This document shows, piece by piece, positions 8,863 to 22,061 of a stretch of DNA of 64,000 bases (within the stretch, counting starts at the first letter, position 1; the number at the start of each line of letters is the position of its first letter). The notes under the pieces are model-generated. The model was not told the origin of the DNA. It was given only the letters and a program-made list of their open reading frames with translations, and did not search any database. This stretch comes from Chloroflexota bacterium (GTDB taxonomy: Bacteria; Chloroflexota; UBA11872; VXOZ01). The position numbers and the translations under genes were made by a program. Location of the stretch: the NCBI GenBank assembly GCA_964291655.2, contig OZ219801.1, positions 512,001 through 576,000 of the forward strand, in the 5' to 3' direction.

Positions 8863-9285
8863 CTGGGGCAATGGCATTAGGGCCAACAAGCAGTACTTTT
8901 TCTCTTACAGGGCTACCTGCGTTGGGAAGGGAATTCATAGCCGCAATTTTCCTGAGAGATAGCAAGCGGTCATTCTTCTCCGCTTGCCAGACCCGGCGTC
9001 AAGGAACAGCTGCGGAGCTAGGCCACTCAAGAGTAAGCGCAGCGCCAGGCTAACACTGAAGAGGTGGACTAGCTCAGCCCGAGATTAACAGCAGTCAAGC
9101 TGTTGGTCTGTCGCCCTAATTTGCCCAGACCGATCATGGTTAGGAGACACCAGCAGGACCCAAGAGTTGTCCTATTCAGAGTGTTGCCAAACTGAGGCGT
9201 GGCGGTGCTGTGAAGTGCCGGTTTCGCACTCTTTAGAAACCGCAGTTAGTTGACGCACCACTCTCACTCTAAGCGCTAAGGCAAA

Positions 9286-10107
9286 CTACGGTTTTGTGCC
9301 CATGCATTCGCCAAAGGCAAACGCCGCCATGCCCCCCGGCGTGTCTCTCCATTCTTCGAGGTCATTGCGCCATTCGTCAAACTGCTCGCGCGTAGCCAAG
9401 CCGTACTTCGTAGCGGCATCCACCACCTCGGGCGCGTGAAACCAGTCCAGCACAAACTGAAAGAAGAAGCCAGTATCTGCAGGAGTTCCAAACGAGTCGT
9501 ATGAAGCGGCTGCCTTCACGTCACTAAAGCCGGCACCGAGGAAATGAGCGCGTAGCTCCTTGCCAATTTCAGGGTGACCGCCGTTGCCCGCGAGCAATCG
9601 CGCAAATGTGTTCCAGGCAGGCCGCGTCTTTTCTTCCCCGGGCTCGATGAACGAAGACGAGACGATGAGTTCGCGGCTGAACAGGAGACCGCCCGTTTTC
9701 AAGACCCGTTTCGCGTCATTGAGGGCGGCGGCAGTGTTTGGGACGTGCGTGAGCAGCGTGTGACAAAATGCCACGTCAAAGTAGCCATCTTTAAACGGAA
9801 GCTTAGTTGCGTCACCTACATGGAACGTTGCGTTGTCGTGACCGCCCGCTTGGGCCGCTGACCGGGCAATGGCAATTTGAGACTCCTCCATGTCGATTCC
9901 GTGAAACTCGCCCGGCTCTACCGCTTTGGCTAGACCAACGGAGATGGTGCCCGGCCCGCAGCCAAAGTCTAAGAGACGTTGACCCGACCTGAGGTGAGGA
10001 AGCAGCCCGGCTGCATTCGTCTGCGCACTTCGTTTGTCCAGAAGCTGCAAGAACTCCTCACCATACCCCATCGTGTAGCCAGGATCAGCATGTGTTTGGT
10101 CGGACAT
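9286..10107 (-). CDS. class I SAM-dependent methyltransferase
   Basis: LLDFGCGPGTIS, GDATKLPF.D.YFDV, RVLKTGG. Confidence 0.88.
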   Translation of the reverse strand: MSDQTHADPGYTMGYGEEFLQLLDKRSAQTNAAGLLPHLRSGQRLLDFGCGPGTISVGLAKAVEPGEFHGIDMEESQIAIARSAAQAGGHDNATFHVGDATKLPFKDGYFDVAFCHTLLTHVPNTAAALNDAKRVLKTGGLLFSRELIVSSSFIEPGEEKTRPAWNTFARLLAGNGGHPEIGKELRAHFLGAGFSDVKAAASYDSFGTPADTGFFFQFVLDWFHAPEVVDAATKYGLATREQFDEWRNDLEEWRDTPGGMAAFAFGECMGTKP

Positions 10108-10612
10108 TGCGCGTACTCCTTTGTCGCTAGGTCTAGCTAGTGCGTCCTTGCACAGAGTCTAGGTACGTATATTTCAATGTTAGGTTTCAATCCTGAATCT
10201 GTCTATGCGCAAATGGCGACGGGTACATCTCCAAGAGGGGCCCGCTTTACTCATCGTGAAGGCAGCGAAGCAACCCGGGTGACAGCGTCATGCAATTGGC
10301 AGTTTAAACTATCCTTAGAGAAAGGCTCAGCGATGACCGACACTAAGATCACCTTGCAAACCACTTCGCCAGGGCAATAAGAATGCGGTAGACTGAATCG
10401 TAGAGAGCGCACGCAACTTCCAGGCCTGTGCGTCCCGAGTTCGTGCCTCAATCTCTAGTGGTTTGCGGTTTGTGGGAACAAGACTCAGACTTGGAATTGG
10501 TTGCCGTTCCCGCACCGCGACCGGCGCGAACGCTTGTTCAAACAGCCACATCTGAGGTGCGCATCTACAGAAGTTTCTTGACCGCACGTGACAGCGCAAA
10601 TCGGAGGAAATT

Positions 10613-11035
10613 ATGCCGCTAAACGTCTACTTGGTCTTTACAGACACTTGCCGCGAGGCTTTTGACTTCTACAAGTCTGTGTTTGGAGGCGAGTATGTGG
10701 CTATTATGACATTCGCTGACGGACCTGAAGACATGGAGGTCTTGGAGTCCGATCGGGATAGAATCATGCACGTGACACTGTCGTTCGACGACTGCATCCT
10801 CATGGGCAGCGACACTCCCTCCAATTTTCCCCAGCAGCTCAATCCCGGCAATAACTTCTCCCTTTCCTATAGGTGTCCGAGCAGAGAGAAGGCGGATGAA
10901 TTGTTTGCCAAGCTATCGGAAGACGGATCAGCCAACATGCCAATGCAAGAGACCTTCTGGGGCTCCTACTTTGGCTTCTGCACTGACAAGTTTGGCATCA
11001 ACTGGCAGATCGATTTCGATCTTTCGGAAGAGTAA
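10613..11035 (+). CDS. VOC/PhnB-family protein
   Basis: CREAFDFYKSVFGG, IMHVTL, MGSD, MPMQETFWG..FG..TDKFGINW. Confidence 0.9.
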   Translation: MPLNVYLVFTDTCREAFDFYKSVFGGEYVAIMTFADGPEDMEVLESDRDRIMHVTLSFDDCILMGSDTPSNFPQQLNPGNNFSLSYRCPSREKADELFAKLSEDGSANMPMQETFWGSYFGFCTDKFGINWQIDFDLSEE

Positions 11036-11745
11036 CGTGGAGAGAGCTGGATGTTCGGCAGCCACCACACTGGGGAACGGCCTGGTGAACGTGCAAAGTC
11101 AGCTAACGCATCAGTGGATTCCGAAATCTGCCAGTATGGGCACGTTCTTTACACTTCACGCTGCTGGGCAGGTCTTGTAGCGTGACACTCCGGCCACTGG
11201 TTGACCATGGGGCTAACCAAGCAAACTGGATCCATCTCGTTGACGGATTGTTATTCCAACCCGAGAGCTCATCTAACGGGAAAGTAGGCACAGCTCATCT
11301 GGAAAGGCTCTTGCTGAACTTGGCATTGCCTTGACGCTCGCCCTTTCCGGTTGCACGGTCGGTGGCGAGGCGGGCGAGCATGAATGTGGGTCAGGGTTCT
11401 CTGAGGAAGACGAAGAACCCAATGTCCAATTGGAATTGGACGATTCCTTCGATGCAGGTTGAACCGGCCGGAGGCCGGCCCTATCCTATGATGCCGACTC
11501 CAGGACATTCATCGGTAAAGTAACTAACTCCACCGACGCCACGCTGCGGCGGGTGCGCGTAGAAGTGCTGAGAAAAGAGCGAATTGGGGGAGTGAGCCTT
11601 GTCGGTCACAGCAGGCCGCAAACGCCGCCGGTACGTCTCCAGTCTCGACTCCCAAGCAGGGAATTGTACGTCCTTCAAAGCGTTCGTAAACAAGCCATGA
11701 ATTTGCATATCAACCCAGGACCACTCACCCTATTGAATAATCGCT

Positions 11746-13890
11746 ATGGATAAAAAGCACTCAGTAAGCCGACGCGCGTTGCTGGCCGGCGGAGCCGCAC
11801 TTACTTTGGCCGCGTGCGGCGGGCCGCCCCGTGGACGCGACCCACTCGATTCTGTCCATCAGGGCTTGGCCGCCGCACCGCTGCCACCCCCTTGGAAACC
11901 CATCGTCGTGCGGGGCACGGCGGTCGAGGTTGCCGGCCATCGTTACCGGTTTGACGCAGGCCCGCTCCCGACCAGTCTCGAAGTGAATGGCGCCGAGCTG
12001 CTCTTCGATGCGATGAAGTTGGACATCCGCGTGCAAGACGAGTTGCTTGTCTGGCAGCGGGCACGCACCATCTCGATTGACGCAGCGGAAGTAGAACTGC
12101 TTGCCCGGGGTAACGCCGGCGATTTGATAGCGCAGACGCGCGTCACTGTGAGTTACGACGGGGCATGCCGAATTCGGGTCAGCCTGATACCTCAGGGCGT
12201 CATCACCATAGACTCCATCCTGCTGGATGTCCCCATTCTTCGCACAGAGACGACCCACTACGCGCATCACGTGCTCGGAGCGGATACCATCACGTACTCC
12301 TGGGAGGAAATCGCCGGCGCTCCACAAGCCCAGTGGGGAGGCGGACGCGTTCCCGACAACGGCTGGTCCGGTGACATCACGCCGTTCTATTGGGTAGGAA
12401 ATCCGGACCGGGGCATCGTCTGGTTTACCGACACAATCATTGGACCGCAGCACGAGGGAGCGGTTGCGCAAGTGCAATTGCGGCCGGTAGCGGGAGCGAT
12501 GCGCCTCCTTGTGGAACTCATCACCGGCCCGCTCGACATGCCCAACACGGTGCACCTCGACTTTGGCTTGCAGCCCACTCCAATGCGGCCTACTGCTGCC
12601 CCGCAGAGTCCCGTTCGGCCGGTGCGTTTCCAGTGGTCGGCGGAGGGAAGCCGTTTGGCCGCTGAGCAACTAAATCGCACCCCGGCTGATACACAGAAGG
12701 ACCTGGAGTCTCTGCGGGATCGGGGAGCGACGGCTCTCGTTCTGCGGCAAGGCTGGTCGGACATTCCGGGCTTTCCCATTTTGGAGAGCTCAGAGGACAA
12801 GCGCGCGTTTCGTGAAATAGTAGACCTTACCCACGATGCCGGATTAAAGATCATCCCTGAGATCTCCGTTCTTCAGCTCTCAGATAGAGTCCCCGGGGCG
12901 AAAAAGATCTTAGAAGACATGCCCCTCCCAATAGGGAACATAGTTGCGAACATATCGCCATTGGAGCGGATATACCCGCTGTTTCACACAGATGCCACCG
13001 TTTCGTTATTCGAAGACGCTGTCCGTGAATTTGCCACCGAGTTTCCGATAGATGGTGTGCACGTAACCATGGCTGCACCTGCGGTGAGGCTCCTTGATCA
13101 GAACGAGAGTGTGCCGGGAGCCGTAGCCGCTCTGGACCTCCACGCGCGGCGCGAATTGCTGAAACGTTTGTATGCGCTCTTCCACGGCGGGCTTCGCGAA
13201 AACGATGAGGACGGCATCGTGATTGCCCACTCGCTAATTCCCTGGAGCATGGTGCACGGCTTTGCCGATCTGGCCGTCACGGGACTCTTTCTCTACCAAA
13301 CGATCGCGTCCCGCCGGCTCAGCGACGAGGCGTTGTCTGAGCGCTGGCAGCCCGATCTCGTGCCCTATCTCTACGGCGACGTGCTCCATCAAGTGCCCAC
13401 CCTCTGGCAGGTTTTCGCGGCGGACGCTCTGTTCCCCAGCATTGTAGAAAGCTACGCACGCGAGGACTTGATAACCGACCAGGAGCTGTTCGGCCTGGCG
13501 GCGGTGCACAATACGTCGCTTTGGCCGGAGGAACTCACACCTACCGCTTCCTTTGAAAACCTTGCTCGCTTGGAGCAATTGCGGTCAAGCCTTGGCTTTG
13601 GCGATGCAGCATGGCACCCGTACTGGGAACGCCGACAGCAGCTTATCGTCCAGCCGACCAGTACGTACTTCGGCTATTGGCAAAGCGCTTCCGGGGCAAT
13701 CCTGCTGCTCGTGCTCAATGGGGCTGACGACGAGCAGGACATCCTGATAGAGATGCCGTCTGCCACGTCCGGGAGCGTGTCAAGGCTCTCCGTAGAGGAA
13801 GTGTGGAGCGGTGGGCCCGTTCGTACGAGGGACAACCTGATTATCACGACGCTAGGACGTTCACAACTGGCAGCCCTGCATATCCAGTGA
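11746..13890 (+). CDS. Tat-exported lipoprotein, DUF6067/glycoside-hydrolase-like
   Basis: SRRALL twin-arginine motif plus LAAC lipobox; V.YDG, YWVGNPDRGIVWF, FGLQPTP, WHPYWE as in DUF6067-type proteins. Confidence 0.55.
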   Translation: MDKKHSVSRRALLAGGAALTLAACGGPPRGRDPLDSVHQGLAAAPLPPPWKPIVVRGTAVEVAGHRYRFDAGPLPTSLEVNGAELLFDAMKLDIRVQDELLVWQRARTISIDAAEVELLARGNAGDLIAQTRVTVSYDGACRIRVSLIPQGVITIDSILLDVPILRTETTHYAHHVLGADTITYSWEEIAGAPQAQWGGGRVPDNGWSGDITPFYWVGNPDRGIVWFTDTIIGPQHEGAVAQVQLRPVAGAMRLLVELITGPLDMPNTVHLDFGLQPTPMRPTAAPQSPVRPVRFQWSAEGSRLAAEQLNRTPADTQKDLESLRDRGATALVLRQGWSDIPGFPILESSEDKRAFREIVDLTHDAGLKIIPEISVLQLSDRVPGAKKILEDMPLPIGNIVANISPLERIYPLFHTDATVSLFEDAVREFATEFPIDGVHVTMAAPAVRLLDQNESVPGAVAALDLHARRELLKRLYALFHGGLRENDEDGIVIAHSLIPWSMVHGFADLAVTGLFLYQTIASRRLSDEALSERWQPDLVPYLYGDVLHQVPTLWQVFAADALFPSIVESYAREDLITDQELFGLAAVHNTSLWPEELTPTASFENLARLEQLRSSLGFGDAAWHPYWERRQQLIVQPTSTYFGYWQSASGAILLLVLNGADDEQDILIEMPSATSGSVSRLSVEEVWSGGPVRTRDNLIITTLGRSQLAALHIQ

Positions 13891-14036
13891 GGCTAACAGG
13901 CATAGAGCCAATCAAGAGCCGTGGACGAATTCTCATGCGGCAAGGCTCTAGCTAAGAAGACGGACTTCGCATGCCATAGCCGGACACTGGCGCCGCGCCT
14001 GCTGCCTTCGGTCATACCGACTCAACAGACCTCAAA

Positions 14037-14816
14037 TTACGTCCCGGCACGTGCAACTGATGCATCGCGCGTCTGGGCGGAGAGAGCGACGAAGTCCTCG
14101 GCATTCAGACTCGCGCCGCCAACCAAGCCACCATCCACGTCCGGCTGGGCAATGATTTCGGGCCATACGTTAGGATTGATGCTGCCGCCGTAGAGGATTC
14201 GAATGTCCTCCGCGATGGAAGCATCGAATTCACGCCCAACCACAGCGCGCACGAGACCAATCGTCGCGTTGGCCTCCTCCGGCGCCGCGGCGCGACCGGT
14301 GCCAATGGCCCATATCGGCTCATAGGCCAGAATGGCTGACGCGGCTTGCTGTGATGACAACCCTGAGAGCGCTCGTGTGGTTTGGCGGTCGAGTACTTCC
14401 TGTGTCATGCCTGCTTGGTTCTCGGCATCAGTCTCCCCTACACAAACAATGGGGGTCAAGCCGTGGGCGATCGCCGCGATGACCTTCCGGTTCACCATTG
14501 TGTCGGTCTCGCCAAAGTGACTGCGCCGCTCGGAATGGCCGAGGATGACGTGCGAACAAAGATTCTGCACCATCTGCGGGGAAATCTCGCCCGTAAAGGC
14601 CCCGGCGGACTCCCAATGCATGTTCTGCGCACCAATTGCAACTGTAGAATCCTGCAGGGCATCTCGAACGGCGGCAAGGGCCACAAAGGGCGGACAGACT
14701 ATTATGTCCACTTCAACCCGCGAGCCACATCCATCCTTCAGGTCTTTTGCCAACGCGACGGCTTCCCTGAGAGTCTTGTTCATCTTCCAGTTTCCGGCGA
14801 TGACGAATCTCCGCAT
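14037..14816 (-). CDS. tpiA: triosephosphate isomerase
   Basis: IAGNWKMNK, GAFTGEIS, ILGHSERR, AYEPIWAIGTG, LYGGS, GGLVGGASL. Confidence 0.98.
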   Translation of the reverse strand: MRRFVIAGNWKMNKTLREAVALAKDLKDGCGSRVEVDIIVCPPFVALAAVRDALQDSTVAIGAQNMHWESAGAFTGEISPQMVQNLCSHVILGHSERRSHFGETDTMVNRKVIAAIAHGLTPIVCVGETDAENQAGMTQEVLDRQTTRALSGLSSQQAASAILAYEPIWAIGTGRAAAPEEANATIGLVRAVVGREFDASIAEDIRILYGGSINPNVWPEIIAQPDVDGGLVGGASLNAEDFVALSAQTRDASVARAGT

Positions 14817-15084
14817 GGCAATTCCTTTACCTCGCTACGTTTGAGAGGGACGGGGCTGCGACTCTCGTCTTCCGCAGTGCTTCTGAAGTATCAAGAGTGC
14901 CCGGCTTACGCACACTTCAGGTCCGCACTTCATGGTATAGTATGAGCATATTACACCGAAGCGCTCTGATTGCGCTGCACGTGTGCCCGCATCATCGCAA
15001 GGCATCCTTCCCCTTCAGCAAAGTTATCGCTTCACCGCGCAGCCTGATCTCCGCTCTTAACTTAGGCGTCCAAGCGCCGACTAC

Positions 15085-16281
15085 GTGAAAGCAATGCCAC
15101 AGCGCCGGATTTATCTGGATTACGCCGCCACTACTCCGCTTGACCCACGGGTAGTGGCAGCAATGCTACCGTATCTCACCGACTCGTATGGCAATCCTTC
15201 CAGTTTGCACGCGACCGGACGGCGCGCCCGCCAGGCCATAGAGGACGCCCGGGAGCAACTTGCTGCCACTCTCGCATGTCAGCCGACGGAGATAATCTTC
15301 ACAAGCGGCGGCACGGAGAGTGACAATAGCGCGGTTCTGGGCATTGCCCGCGCACAGCGGACAGCCGGCCGGGGCAATCACGTCGTCACCAGCCAAATCG
15401 AGCATCACGCCGTGCTCCACGCGTGCGCACAGCTAGAAGTAGAAGGCTTCCGCGTAACCTACGTACCGGTTGACGAGCATGGGACGGTAGACCCGCTGGC
15501 AGTGGAAGCCGCGCTGCGCGACGACACGGCGCTCGTCTCGGTCATGGCAGTGAACAACGAGATCGGCGTCATCGAGCCCCTAGCGGAGATCGCGTCAATT
15601 TGCCGGGCACGGAACATCCCTGTGCATTCGGACGCAATCCAGGCGTTCGGCTATTTGCCCGTGAGTGTTGCGGATTGGGGCGTTGACGCGCTTTCACTCA
15701 CCGCCCACAAGTGCTATGGGCCAAAGGGTATTGGGTTGCTTGTATTGCGCCACGGCCTGCCGTTTCAGCCGCTGCTGGCCGGCGGCGGTCAAGAACGCGA
15801 GCAACGGCCCGGCACTGAGAACGTCGCCGCAATTGTGGGCATGGCGAAAGCGCTCCAACTCGCCCAGGACGAGCGCGCAGATCGCGTTAGCCACACCCAA
15901 GCGCTGCGAGATCGATTGGAAAAGGGGATCAAGACTCACATGCCGTGGGTACAGAAGAATGGACACTCCACCAGGCGGGTTGCCGGTATAGCGAATATCT
16001 CGTTTCCCGGCATATCAAACGAGATTCTCCTCCTGCGCATGGATCTGGCTGGGATAGACGTCTCAAACGGCGCAGCGTGCACGTCCGGCACTGTCGAACC
16101 GTCTCACGTGCTGCGTGCATTGGGAAAACCGGACGACTTGGCAACCAGCGCGCTCCGTTTCAGCATAGGCAAAGACACCACGTGCGCGGACATCGACGAT
16201 ACCTTAGAAGTCTTGCAAAGCACCATTCACGCCTTGCGCGCAGAGTCGGCAGCGTCTGTGCAGGGCAGCAGCTTGTCTTGA
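15085..16281 (+). CDS. iscS: cysteine desulfurase (IscS/NifS type)
   Basis: IYLDYAATTP, YGNPSS, FTSGGTESDN, TAHKCYGPKG, SNGAACTSG. Confidence 0.93.
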   Translation: MKAMPQRRIYLDYAATTPLDPRVVAAMLPYLTDSYGNPSSLHATGRRARQAIEDAREQLAATLACQPTEIIFTSGGTESDNSAVLGIARAQRTAGRGNHVVTSQIEHHAVLHACAQLEVEGFRVTYVPVDEHGTVDPLAVEAALRDDTALVSVMAVNNEIGVIEPLAEIASICRARNIPVHSDAIQAFGYLPVSVADWGVDALSLTAHKCYGPKGIGLLVLRHGLPFQPLLAGGGQEREQRPGTENVAAIVGMAKALQLAQDERADRVSHTQALRDRLEKGIKTHMPWVQKNGHSTRRVAGIANISFPGISNEILLLRMDLAGIDVSNGAACTSGTVEPSHVLRALGKPDDLATSALRFSIGKDTTCADIDDTLEVLQSTIHALRAESAASVQGSSLS

Positions 16282-16362
16282 GAGGGCAGGCGCCTCACTC
16301 GGCGACAATTCACGCCGGCGTCTCTTCTCTTGCGGCGTTTGCAATTACCCACGTACGCTACG

Positions 16363-16668
16363 ATGAACTTTCTTGACCTAGAGGTCCTTTCGCATACACT
16401 CGGCGACTACTTAGCCCTCGTGCCGCCGGTAATAGTCCTTGGCGTCTTATTGGGAAGCTTGGAAGCTGCTGCCTACCATGTTTTCTTTGGCCGGGGCGAC
16501 CGCACGACATTCTGGTACTTAGGAATCGGACTCGCGGGGTTCTGGCTCGGTCACGTCGCAGCCGAGTACATTGGGGCCATCTTTCCACCGGTGGGTCTTC
16601 TCCACGCCGGGGAAGCTTCGGCGGCGTGTGTTACGTTGCTCTATATTGCGGATTACGTGCGCAGTTGA
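16363..16668 (+). CDS. small membrane protein
   Basis: Three hydrophobic segments, GFWLGH motif; lies between iscS and the YtxH gene. Confidence 0.6.
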   Translation: MNFLDLEVLSHTLGDYLALVPPVIVLGVLLGSLEAAAYHVFFGRGDRTTFWYLGIGLAGFWLGHVAAEYIGAIFPPVGLLHAGEASAACVTLLYIADYVRS

Positions 16669-16735
16669 TACAATTTTAATAGAGAACAATGGCTATGAGA
16701 CTCTAATCAGTATAGTTTAGTGCAGGAAGGCTAGT

Positions 16736-17074
16736 ATGCCCAAGAATACGGGAAGCTTCATTTTCGGATTGACATTCGGCGCGCTTTGCGGGGTAGTCAT
16801 GGCACTGCTCTTGACCCCCCAGAGCGGCGAGGAAACGCGCGAACTCCTTGGCAAGAAGACTGATGACTTTAGGAGGGGCGCGGAAGACGCAGTCGAGCGC
16901 GCGCGTGAGAGTACCGCCGGCATTGTGGATCGTGGCCGCAGCTTTGCGGAAGACGCGCAGACTCGTCTCCACGCCATTCACGGCACTCAGCAGCCCGCGC
17001 CTGAGCAGGAAACCGCACCGGAGCCACAGCCCACACCCGAGCAGCAGCCGGAACGCGTGCAGCCCCAGGTCTAG
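16736..17074 (+). CDS. YtxH-domain protein
   Basis: FIFGL.FGA..G...ALLLTPQSGEETRE; Q/P/E-rich tail. Confidence 0.85.
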   Translation: MPKNTGSFIFGLTFGALCGVVMALLLTPQSGEETRELLGKKTDDFRRGAEDAVERARESTAGIVDRGRSFAEDAQTRLHAIHGTQQPAPEQETAPEPQPTPEQQPERVQPQV

Positions 17075-17335
17075 GCGAGTTTCGTCTCGCGCCAATTCGC
17101 CACTCGTCACTGGGTTTCGCTCACACACTCTTTCACCTGTGATGAGGAATTGGTTGGAGCTTGGCCTGATCTTCATCTGGGTATCTGTTCAGTAACAGGC
17201 GCCGCGCGCGATGAGAATCGGCGACAGTTGAAAAGGTGCAGACAGAAGACAGGCAACGCATACCAGAACTTGAGGCAGCACAGTCAGCGGGGATATGTGG
17301 GGAGAGAACGTACCCTAAAGAAGAATCATCGGTGA

Positions 17336-17370
17336 GCCTTCCTGTGTCTTCATGGGAAGGCATTTCGTTT
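17336..17370 (+). terminator. terminator/attenuator-like hairpin upstream of mtnP
   Basis: GCCTTCCTGTG-TCTT-CATGGGAAGGC followed by ATTTCGTTT. Confidence 0.5.
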
Positions 17371-17554
17371 AAGCTGTGACTATAGACCAAGTCATAGCGG
17401 CGTTTGCCACGACAACGCGGACACTGGCGCCCCTAATCGGCCTTTCTCTGGCTGACAAAGTGATTGCTACCAGCCGCAAGCAAGCATGGGGACGAAAGCA
17501 CCCTTGGGCAGAATTGCCAGGTGTACCGAAAGAGAGAACTCAAGCCAAATGGGG

Positions 17555-18421
17555 ATGCAGGCCGCTGCGAGAGTGGGCATCATCGGGGGCACGGGATTTG
17601 CAGACATCGAGGGACTGCAAGACCGCCGGGACGTCCACATAGCAACACCCTTTGGGCCGCCAAGCGATGCATTCACCCTGGGCACGTTGGACGGCGTCCC
17701 TCTTGCATTTCTCCCCCGGCACGGCCGGGGCCACGGAGTCCAGCCCAGTGATCTCAACGCCCGAGCGAACATCTACGGCTTCAAGCGCCTCGGGGTCGAG
17801 TATCTCATTTCCATCTCCGCCTGCGGCTCACTGCGCGAAGACCTGGCTCCCCAGCACATTCTCGTACCGGACCAACTCTACGACCATACGAAGCGGCGTG
17901 TTAGCACCTTTTTTGGCGACGGCATCGTTGCCCACGTCGGCTTCGCACAACCGTTCTGTCCGGTGCTAAGAAGTGTGCTCTATCAGACCGGCGAAACGGT
18001 CGGCATAGCAATGCACAGCGAAGGCACATACATCTGCATTGAGGGTCCGCACTTCTCTACAAAGGCCGAATCGGAAGTCTTCCGCGGTTGGGGCATGGAT
18101 GTAATCGGCATGACTGCGGTGCCGGAAGCAAAGTTAGCGCGGGAGGCGGAAATCTGCTACGCCACCCTCGCGTGTGTCACGGACTATGATGTGTGGCACG
18201 ATACAGCGGGCGAGGTTACTGTTGAGATGGTAGTTGAGAACCTGCAGCAGAACGTGGATCATGCCAAGGAGATCGTCCGGCGGGCCTTGACGACACTCCC
18301 GGACGTGCGCGGCGGTTGTCCCTGCCCCGACGCGCTTGCCAATGCCATCATCACGTCGCCGGACAGCATTCCGGCAGCACAACGGGCCGCGCTAGACCTG
18401 ATTGTCGGTAAGTACATATAG
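17555..18421 (+). CDS. mtnP: S-methyl-5'-thioadenosine phosphorylase
   Basis: VGIIGGTG, TPFGPPSD, FLPRHGRGH, NARANI, EGPHFSTKAES, GMT..PEAKLAREAE, VTDYD. Confidence 0.95.
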   Translation: MQAAARVGIIGGTGFADIEGLQDRRDVHIATPFGPPSDAFTLGTLDGVPLAFLPRHGRGHGVQPSDLNARANIYGFKRLGVEYLISISACGSLREDLAPQHILVPDQLYDHTKRRVSTFFGDGIVAHVGFAQPFCPVLRSVLYQTGETVGIAMHSEGTYICIEGPHFSTKAESEVFRGWGMDVIGMTAVPEAKLAREAEICYATLACVTDYDVWHDTAGEVTVEMVVENLQQNVDHAKEIVRRALTTLPDVRGGCPCPDALANAIITSPDSIPAAQRAALDLIVGKYI

Positions 18422-18520
18422 ACCGGAGAAAGATTGGCGCATGCTTGTAGGAGCCAAAGGCATCACCTCTGTACATGCGCTGCGGTCCCATCTTCAAAGC
18501 TGGAGTATCCTGGCAGCGAA

Positions 18521-20729
<2,209 letters not shown>

Positions 20730-20801
20730 AAACCACGCCGGCGCCTCCGCACGGCGCTACAGCGAACCATCAGGTATATGAGGATGAGTAAGGAGACTAG
20801 A

Positions 20802-21983
20802 ATGAGTTTGGGCATTGGCTCATCAGCCAAAGTACTATTCACATCTGAGTCAGTGACGGAAGGTCATCCGGACAAGATGTGCGATGCGATCTCGGACGCG
20901 GTGCTGGATGCATTCATCGAGCAGTACCCCGAAGCGCGGGTCGCGTGCGAAACGGCTACGACAGCGGGGTTGATTGTAGTTCTCGGCGAAATAACGGCCA
21001 AGGCCAACGTAAATATTGCCGAGGTAGCCCGCAACGTTGCCGGAGAGATCGGCTACACGTCGGAAGACTATGGCTTAGACAACGAGACGTGTGAAGTGAT
21101 TGTGTCCGTAAGAGAACAGTCATCCGACATTGCGCTGGGGGTGGACAAAGCTGGCGCCGGGGACCAGGGTATGATGATTGGCTATGCCTGCAATGAAACG
21201 CCGGAGCTCATGCCCGCGCCTATCATGTGGGCTCACAATCTCGTCCGCAAACTCACAGCGCTCCGCAAAGACGGGGCGCTTTCATATCTCCGCCCCGACG
21301 GCAAGTCGCAAGTCACTGTCGAATACAGTTATGGCAAGCCGGTTCGCATAGACACTGTCGTGCTTTCCGCGCAACACCATCCGCATGTCGACCAGGAGAC
21401 AATCCGCCGCGACCTCATCGAACATTGCGCCCGCGCCGTAATTCCTGCCAAGTGGCTGGATGACGACACGCGATTCTTAATCAACCCAACCGGAAGATTC
21501 GTCACCGGCGGGCCGCTGGGTGATGCGGGTTTGACCGGTCGCAAGATCATCGTTGATACGTACGGGGGGATGGCCCGCCACGGCGGCGGGGCGTTCTCCG
21601 GCAAAGACCCCACCAAAGTGGACCGCTCCGCCGCCTACGCTACGCGCTACGTGGCAAAGAATATTGTCGCGGCGGGGCTGGCCGATCGCTGTGAGATTCA
21701 AATCGCCTACGCCATTGGTACAGCGAATCCCGTTTCCATCATGGTAGACACCTTTGGAACGGGTAGAGTGGCTGATGACGAACTCGTTGCCATCATTCGC
21801 GATCACTTTGATCTTCGCCCTGCGGCAATCATCTGCGATCTGGATCTACGGCGACCCATCTATCGCCAAACGGCAGCATACGGACACTTTGGGCGCCCTG
21901 ACATCGACGTGCCGTGGGAACGAATTGACAAAGCAGATCTGCTTCGCAATGCGGCCGGTAATCTCTCAGGCGCCACCACATAG
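20802..21983 (+). CDS. metK: methionine adenosyltransferase
   Basis: [49 protein letters not shown]; AGGAG RBS before 20802. Confidence 0.98.
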   Translation: MSLGIGSSAKVLFTSESVTEGHPDKMCDAISDAVLDAFIEQYPEARVACETATTAGLIVVLGEITAKANVNIAEVARNVAGEIGYTSEDYGLDNETCEVIVSVREQSSDIALGVDKAGAGDQGMMIGYACNETPELMPAPIMWAHNLVRKLTALRKDGALSYLRPDGKSQVTVEYSYGKPVRIDTVVLSAQHHPHVDQETIRRDLIEHCARAVIPAKWLDDDTRFLINPTGRFVTGGPLGDAGLTGRKIIVDTYGGMARHGGGAFSGKDPTKVDRSAAYATRYVAKNIVAAGLADRCEIQIAYAIGTANPVSIMVDTFGTGRVADDELVAIIRDHFDLRPAAIICDLDLRRPIYRQTAAYGHFGRPDIDVPWERIDKADLLRNAAGNLSGATT

Positions 21984-22061
21984 CCCGCCGCTGCTGCGCC
22001 GGTCGGAATTGCGCCTTTGCAACGTGGTGAGCAGGGCGCATGTGGCGCCCGGCCAATTCCT

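Noticed and set aside
11036-11745. Short ORFs and hairpins in the long gap before the Tat lipoprotein
   Set aside because: No recognisable protein or RNA motif; the hairpins are short and could be chance.
16980-17074. Q/P/E repeats at the end of the YtxH protein
   Set aside because: Ordinary low-complexity tail.
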